Of a stretch of DNA of 20,000 nucleotides, positions 15,283 to 20,000 are shown piece by piece; within the stretch, counting starts at the first letter, position 1, and each line of letters begins with the position of its first letter. The stretch comes from an uncultured virus (IMG/VR IMGVR_UViG_3300033463_000092). Taxonomy: Duplodnaviria > Heunggongvirae > Uroviricota > Caudoviricetes. The DNA lies in the IMG/VR virus record IMGVR_UViG_3300033463_000092. One strand, written 5' to 3'. The notes under the pieces are model-generated. The model saw nothing but the letters and a program-made list of their open reading frames with translations, did no database searches and was not told the DNA's origin. The translations under genes and the position numbers were made by a program.

Positions 15283-15363
15283 GATTCTTGGTTTACTTTC
15301 TGGGATTCTCGGTTATATTTCAATATCAACACCACCACCTCTTAACGAAAGGAGATCCTCGTC

Positions 15364-15693
15364 ATGGCTAACTTCACCAAATTCTTCCGGAACGGCAAAA
15401 CCTTCTCCGCCTACTGCCGCATGCGGTACGGCCAGTCCAAGGAGATCTGGGCGGACACCACCCTGTGGCAGAAGTCCGGGGTCTATGCGATCGCCTTCGA
15501 CCAGGAGGCGGCCGATGCCAAGTTCGGCTGCCGTGAAAACGGCCTCAACCCTCTCAAGCCCCGCCATCGGGAGGCCGCCTTCGACGAGGAGAACTACCAA
15601 GAGCGGAAGATGGAGGAAATGGCCGCCTACATCCACTCCGGAGCGGGTCTTCAGGCCTACTACGAGGACCAGGAAGCGGGGTACACCTACTGA
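15364..15693 (+). CDS. Hypothetical protein (109 aa) with C-terminal MEEMAAYIHSGAG module
   Basis: Promoter 15291 and AAAGGAG SD. Tail shared with 10047. Confidence 0.88.
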   Translation: MANFTKFFRNGKTFSAYCRMRYGQSKEIWADTTLWQKSGVYAIAFDQEAADAKFGCRENGLNPLKPRHREAAFDEENYQERKMEEMAAYIHSGAGLQAYYEDQEAGYTY

Positions 15694-15765
15694 GGTGGAA
15701 GTCCCTGGGAGGTCTAAACGGCCTCCCAGCCTTCGTGCATTCCAGCCCATTCAAAGGAGATCAGA

Positions 15766-15975
15766 ATGATGAGAAAATTCTTCTTCAAAGCACTTCCATA
15801 TGCGGAAGCCGATCCGACAGAAATTCCACTCAGCCTCATACTGTCCCCACCAATCACGATGCATCTAGAGGCAGAGAACAAGGATGCAGCAGTCATTGCC
15901 TTCAAGAAGCTTTACCCTCATTCGTCGATCCTGACCGTCTTACCATGTCCGGCAAAAATCCCAGGAAAGCAGTGA
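15766..15975 (+). CDS. Small protein, L.A.N.D.A superfamily (69 aa)
   Basis: AAAGGAG SD. HLEAENKDAAVIAFKKLYP. Confidence 0.8.
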   Translation: MMRKFFFKALPYAEADPTEIPLSLILSPPITMHLEAENKDAAVIAFKKLYPHSSILTVLPCPAKIPGKQ

Positions 15976-16042
15976 AGATCGGTTTACTTTCTTAGACTCC
16001 CTGTTATATTATAATACAACCAAACAAGAAAGGAACCTCGCA

Positions 16043-16207
16043 ATGAACACTTACCGCTTCACCTTCTTCATCGACGACCCCGCCACCACCTACACCCACG
16101 ACTTCACCGCTCGGACCTTGGAATCCGCCACTTGGAAGTGGAAGCTCTTCTTCATCTACTACACCCTTCACCCCGCCACCCTCGTCAAGGTCAGCCTCCT
16201 TCACTGA
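16043..16207 (+). CDS. 54-aa protein, YRF.F family (MNTYRFTFFIDD...)
   Basis: Promoter 15982 and SD. Similar to 2246. Confidence 0.82.
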   Translation: MNTYRFTFFIDDPATTYTHDFTARTLESATWKWKLFFIYYTLHPATLVKVSLLH

Positions 16208-16303
16208 CCTTCACTGACCTTCCCTTTTCTCCCTTGGGAATCCCAGTTTACTTTCTGGGATTCTCTGTTATATTCTAATACAACCAAACGAAAGGACCTC
16301 ACA

Positions 16304-16477
16304 ATGGACACTCGCCACTCCTACCGTTTCACCTTCATCGATCCCATCACCAACCAGACCTACGAACTCCACACCATCCCGCAGCCGGACCTCCTCACCG
16401 CCATCAAGTTCCTCTACGGCCGGAACAAGGACCTCAACCAACTCCACCTCGTAGAGGTCAAGGAGATGGAGGACTAA
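16304..16477 (+). CDS. 57-aa protein (MDTRHSYRFTFIDP...)
   Basis: Promoter 16246 and SD. Confidence 0.82.
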   Translation: MDTRHSYRFTFIDPITNQTYELHTIPQPDLLTAIKFLYGRNKDLNQLHLVEVKEMED

Positions 16478-16571
16478 CCTCCAACCTCCGGGAACCGTGG
16501 TTTACGAATCACGGTTCCCTGTTATATTATAATATCAAACTCTCACTACTTCAACTGAAAGGACCCTCACC

Positions 16572-16781
16572 ATGCGTTACTACCGCTTCGTCTTCTCCCG
16601 CCCCAATTCGCCCGACATCTACTGGGAGGACATCCTCGCCCAGAACCAGAAGGCCGCCCGTGCGAAATGGACCCTCATCAAGGCCACCTACGGCTTCAAG
16701 GTCCGCCTCCTCTATGTCATCAGACCTGCGGCAAACACCACTCAGCTCCGCAATCTGGCCAATCTCTTCTACAACGCCTGA
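16572..16781 (+). CDS. Small protein, YRF.F...DILA family (69 aa)
   Basis: Promoter 16500 and SD. YWEDILAQNQKAARAKW. Confidence 0.88.
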   Translation: MRYYRFVFSRPNSPDIYWEDILAQNQKAARAKWTLIKATYGFKVRLLYVIRPAANTTQLRNLANLFYNA

Positions 16782-16789
16782 GGTGGGAT

Positions 16790-17008
16790 ATGAAAGAAGA
16801 GACCTGCTATACATTCTTTTTCTTTCTTCTTATCATCCTGTTTCTTGCAGGGTGCGGCCTCTTTACTTATTTCGGAATAGAAATGGGTTTCTGGAATTTA
16901 TTCCGGTTTTTCTGCATCATTATGCTTGCATGTCTTTTCACCAGTGCCATCCTTTTCTTTCTGATTCATGTGATGTGCGGTTTTATTTCTCTTTCCAATA
17001 AGAACTGA
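16790..17008 (+). CDS. Two-TM membrane protein (72 aa)
   Basis: GAGGTG SD. Very hydrophobic. Confidence 0.65.
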   Translation: MKEETCYTFFFFLLIILFLAGCGLFTYFGIEMGFWNLFRFFCIIMLACLFTSAILFFLIHVMCGFISLSNKN

Positions 17009-17088
17009 AAAAGAAAGGAAAATATGAATGTCTAAGTTCAAAGCGAAGTTCATACACTCAATTCAAATTCTAAAGGAGCAAGTTGGAT

Positions 17089-17265
17089 ATGGAAAAGAAA
17101 AATGATCCAGAACAGTTCATCTTTGAAGAACAGATGGAACAGATCAAAAAGTCCCTTGCGGAATGCAAAGATGTCTCAGGGATAGACAAAGTGGAAGTGA
17201 AGTTCCTAAAAGACCTGATAGCATTAGGAGAAAGGTTGAAGGAACTAGAAAAAAACAAGAAATAG
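17089..17265 (+). CDS. Small charged helical protein (58 aa)
   Basis: AAAGGAG SD at 17072-17078. Confidence 0.65.
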   Translation: MEKKNDPEQFIFEEQMEQIKKSLAECKDVSGIDKVEVKFLKDLIALGERLKELEKNKK

Positions 17266-17276
17266 GGGAATGAAAA

Positions 17277-17939
17277 ATGAAAGTCGTTTATTGTCCTCAT
17301 TGCAATCAGAAGTATCAGGTAGGAGAAGACTATTACGGCAAAACTATTGAATGTCAATCTTGCCATAAGTGGTTTGAGATCCACTTCAATCCCTACACTC
17401 CTTCTCAGTCTTCTAACCCTGTTCAAGTAGAGCAGAAGAAGGAAGAATCTATAGAACAGAAACAAGCGAAGGCAGGAAGAGATCATTGCCTTCTTACGAG
17501 AATTTGGAAATGGGTAGGCTACTTTTCAGCGGCCATTGCATTGTTCTGCCTTCTTCTAATCATCTTCAAAATAAGTTCAGAAACTTACAAACAGTCCTTG
17601 ATAAAATATCAGAAAGAACTTGAAGGAGAACTTTATCTAGTAAAAATTAGAGCTCCTATTGAACCGAGAAGGGATTGGGATCACTATAATGATTATGTGA
17701 AGAAGAAGGCAGAATATGACAAAAAAATGAGAGAGACAATTGATAAGATCTCAGAACTGACTGGAAAGATTGTTGACACTAAAATGAAGATTAAGAATGT
17801 TCCTGATCTCTCTATTCCTTCCTGGGTCTTGTTTACTTTCTTATTCAACTTCTTCTTCGCTTCAGTAATCTCATTCACCATCAGAGAATGGACTTTACTA
17901 CTTCAAACTTGTGCAGAAGGATTAAAAAGAAAGGAGTAA
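17277..17939 (+). CDS. Zinc-ribbon (MJ0042-like CPHC...CQSC) membrane protein with two TMs flanking a coiled coil (220 aa)
   Basis: CPHCNQKYQV...GKTIECQSCHKWF and two hydrophobic segments. Confidence 0.85.
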   Translation: MKVVYCPHCNQKYQVGEDYYGKTIECQSCHKWFEIHFNPYTPSQSSNPVQVEQKKEESIEQKQAKAGRDHCLLTRIWKWVGYFSAAIALFCLLLIIFKISSETYKQSLIKYQKELEGELYLVKIRAPIEPRRDWDHYNDYVKKKAEYDKKMRETIDKISELTGKIVDTKMKIKNVPDLSIPSWVLFTFLFNFFFASVISFTIREWTLLLQTCAEGLKRKE

Positions 17940-17946
17940 TTCGATT

Positions 17947-18153
17947 ATGTCTACTACACTTACAAAAATTCCTTGGTGGAGATGGTTTGTCGCTTTCTTC
18001 TGGGCTCTTTCCATAATTGCATCTGTGGTCTTTATTGTATCACTTCTTCGATCAAAAGATACCTTTCAAGATGCCTTGTGGATCTACATATCCGCAGGGG
18101 TGATTGCGGACTCCTTCATCAATGTCTACCTGTTTGACCAGAGCAGATGGTAA
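17947..18153 (+). CDS. Two-TM membrane protein (68 aa)
   Basis: AAAGGAG SD. Hydrophobic segments. Confidence 0.75.
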   Translation: MSTTLTKIPWWRWFVAFFWALSIIASVVFIVSLLRSKDTFQDALWIYISAGVIADSFINVYLFDQSRW

Positions 18154-18298
18154 AGCGACTTGCATAGGGTACGGAGGTCATCCTTCAATCGAGCAGAATC
18201 ACTTCTACATGCATGAAACATTCACTTGAGTCTAGATGAAAATGAACTATTCACCTGGATCAAAATTCGGCGCAAGTAGTTTTACTCTCTGAATACAA

Positions 18299-18328
18299 CA
18301 AAGGCTAGAAAACATCCTCTAGCCTTTT
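18299..18328. terminator. Probable bidirectional terminator between convergent units
   Basis: AAAGGCTAGA-loop-TCTAGCCTTTT. Confidence 0.7.
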
Positions 18329-18335
18329 CAATATA

Positions 18336-18974
18336 TTAGAATATCTGTTCTATATGCTGTTCTTGAGCCTCTATAGTGTCAGTTGGCTGAGAAAGTTCAC
18401 GAGAACCATCTCTAACCCAGTCTGGATGTTTTTCTTCCCAGATCTTGATAGCTTCTTCCAAACTATCTGCTCTAACCTCTGTAGCGGATTGGATAGAGGT
18501 AGAATTCACGTAATGGTGAGACAAGATCCTAAAATACTTATTCCCTTTCTTTTTCTCCTTCAGGTTGTTCCAAGGCTCCTTCCCTGGTAGATAATAGATC
18601 TTTACATCTGATTCAATGACAGTGAAAGCTCTCCTTTCCAGCTTATTGAGGAACAGAACTATTTGATCTCCTCCTTCTGCATGTCCAATCTTACTGGAAA
18701 TGTCCTCTATCACCTCTATCTTCTGATCCATGTCTTGTATCTTTTCTACTTCCTCTGGCAATTTGAATTGGAACAGGCAGACATAAGCTCCTTGTTCACG
18801 ACGGAATATGCAAGGATATTTGTATTCCTCTGATGGATATTTCTTTAGATCTTTCCATTCTACACCTTCTGCAGGATTTCCATCCTTTCCAATCACAGGA
18901 GGATCATCATCTCCTTCAGTCATTTCTAGAATTATTCTAGAATAAACTTCATTGAACTTATCTAAACTCTTCAT
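18336..18974 (-). CDS. Acidic late-type protein (212 aa), paralog of 19008-19457 with an extra C-terminal V.ADSLEEA domain
   Basis: AAGGA SD. N-terminus DKFNEVYSRIILE. Shares EW.D..KYPSEEYKY with its paralog. Confidence 0.88.
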   Translation of the reverse strand: MKSLDKFNEVYSRIILEMTEGDDDPPVIGKDGNPAEGVEWKDLKKYPSEEYKYPCIFRREQGAYVCLFQFKLPEEVEKIQDMDQKIEVIEDISSKIGHAEGGDQIVLFLNKLERRAFTVIESDVKIYYLPGKEPWNNLKEKKKGNKYFRILSHHYVNSTSIQSATEVRADSLEEAIKIWEEKHPDWVRDGSRELSQPTDTIEAQEQHIEQIF

Positions 18975-19007
18975 GTTATTTCTTTTCCTTACAATGTTTG
19001 ATTATTA

Positions 19008-19457
19008 TTAGAACGGTTCATCTGTCCACTTCTCTGCTTCTTTAACATCCTCTGGTGTCCTTTCCTCCCAGGGTATCTCATTCTTCAGATAGAAGTTCTC
19101 CACAGGTGTTTCAATCATTGTGAAAGTCCTTGGTGCTTTATGATTACTAAACATAACAACATAATCATCAGCATTTCTAGTTACATGCTTCACTATATCT
19201 TCAGCCATGTGGAGGCGATCCTCTGGTACTTCTATATTTCTAACAGCGTAGGGTACTTCAAATTGTACGTATCCTTCCATAGTCCCTTGCTCAACCTCCT
19301 TCATCAGGCTAGCATATTTGTATTCCTCTGAAGGATACTTACGGAAGTCTGACCATTCTATATCTTCTGCTTCCATACCCTGTCCATCTACTATCTTATA
19401 GAACATGTCCATATTAGAAAGGATATCTTCGCAGGCTAGTTTAAATCTATCTAACAT
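19008..19457 (-). CDS. Acidic late-type protein (149 aa)
   Basis: Downstream of the late-type motif. Aligns along its length with 18336-18974. Confidence 0.85.
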   Translation of the reverse strand: MLDRFKLACEDILSNMDMFYKIVDGQGMEAEDIEWSDFRKYPSEEYKYASLMKEVEQGTMEGYVQFEVPYAVRNIEVPEDRLHMAEDIVKHVTRNADDYVVMFSNHKAPRTFTMIETPVENFYLKNEIPWEERTPEDVKEAEKWTDEPF

Positions 19458-19485
19458 TTCTATATCTCTTCTAGTTATAATTACT

Positions 19486-19500
19486 ATTATTTATTCTAAA
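19486..19500 (-). promoter_or_regulatory. Putative late promoter, identical to 5785-5799
   Basis: ATTATTTATTCTAAA is the reverse complement of TTTAGAATAAATAAT, about 29 nt before ATG 19457. Confidence 0.7.
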
Positions 19501-19549
19501 TTCCGGTGGAATCTAGAAAAGATGGAGAAAAGAAGAAGCAATCATGAGC

Positions 19550-20000
19550 TTTAGAAAATCTCATGCAAATTTTTCGTGAATGGAATTTTCAATGCTAGAT
19601 TTTTCGCATGCAATTTTTCTCACGCAAGTTTTCAACTCTTGAAAAGTGCGAAAGTGCGAAAAACCCAAACTATGAAAACATATGGTCTAGAAAAATAGGG
19701 CTATCCTGAAAACCGAAAATGCTAGCGAACTTAAACTTTCATTTGAATTCTTATGGAAATTTTTGACAATAAATAATAAATCTTGAAAATTTTTTCTAGA
19801 ATATTTTTCATTGAAAATCAAATAGTGAATTTTGAAAATTTTTCTAGAATATTTTTTATTTGATTTTTTCAGTGAATTTTGAAAAATTTTTTCTAGAATT
19901 TTTTTATTCAATTTTTTCCAATAAATTCAAAAATTTTTTTGATATGTGAATTTTGAAAAATTTTTTCCAGAATATTTTTTCTTCAATAATTTCTAGAAAC
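19550..20000. repeat. Very AT-rich non-coding imperfect repeat tract
   Basis: (GTGAATTT)TGAAAA(A)TTTTT(T)CTAGAATATTTTT units with TCTAGA/TCCAGA at 19795, 19843, 19892, 19966 and 19992. Shorter CATGCAA.TTTTC-like units at about 19555-19635. Confidence 0.85.

Larger units (their letters stand above)
7351..16528 (+). promoter_or_regulatory. Block of 22 early-type promoters of the same family
   Basis: GTTTAC at 7351, 7825, 8484, 8849, 9139, 9978, 10621, 11474, 11875, 12413, 12791, 13027, 13266, 13613, 13905, 14182, 14735, 15017, 15291, 15982, 16246 and 16500, each followed by (t/g/a)GTTATA(T/A/C)T. Confidence 0.92.

Noticed and set aside
16197..16222. 10-nt tandem duplication CCTTCACTGA at a stop codon, and the (GTGTGA)n run encoding HTHTH at about 7220-7237
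   Set aside because: These are simple slippage-type duplications with no evidence of function.
349..16528. CRISPR array interpretation of the recurring motif
   Set aside because: The repeats are degenerate promoter/RBS elements separated by roughly 130-850 nt of genes, not constant repeats with short spacers. No cas genes are present.
349..16528. Bona fide integron with attC sites
   Set aside because: There is no integrase in the window and no consistent RYYYAAC...GTTRRRY paired structure, and the cassettes carry their own promoters. Kept only as an analogy.
17824..17860. GTTTAC at about 17831 as another promoter
   Set aside because: It lies inside a CDS and lacks the -10 box at 17-nt spacing.
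19687..19911. 74-aa minus-strand ORF
   Set aside because: It is a translation of the AT-rich repeat tract and has no RBS.
1..20000. Stop-codon reassignment explaining the short ORFs
   Set aside because: TAA, TGA and TAG all fall exactly at cassette ends before promoters, SDs or terminators, which fits code 11.

Overview
This window looks like the early or hyperplastic (host-takeover-type) region of a large lytic phage with T4-like transcription signals. No core replication, structural or recombinase gene is present. From about 1 to 16.8 kb it is an array of very small genes. I count 39 near-identical sigma70-type promoters (GTTTAC-N17-TATA(A/T/C)T, mostly TG-extended): 36 on + and 3 on -. 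Almost all are followed by an A/C-rich leader and an AAAGGA Shine-Dalgarno. Each promoter usually starts within a few bases of the previous stop codon and is often fused to a hairpin. The cargo falls into a few paralogous families, including one clear domain chimera. Two promoters drive structured RNAs containing aberrant tRNA-like cloverleaves (about 2885-3159 and 13319-13401). Three acidic, AT-richer genes lie downstream of a different shared 15-mer resembling a T4 late promoter (5785 on +, 19500 on -). The window ends in a very AT-rich non-coding repeat tract. Most long ORF-track entries are shadow ORFs. Real starts were re-assigned using the SD motif, and several genes under 60 aa are missing from the track. 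Product calls come from motif recognition by eye, with no database searches.
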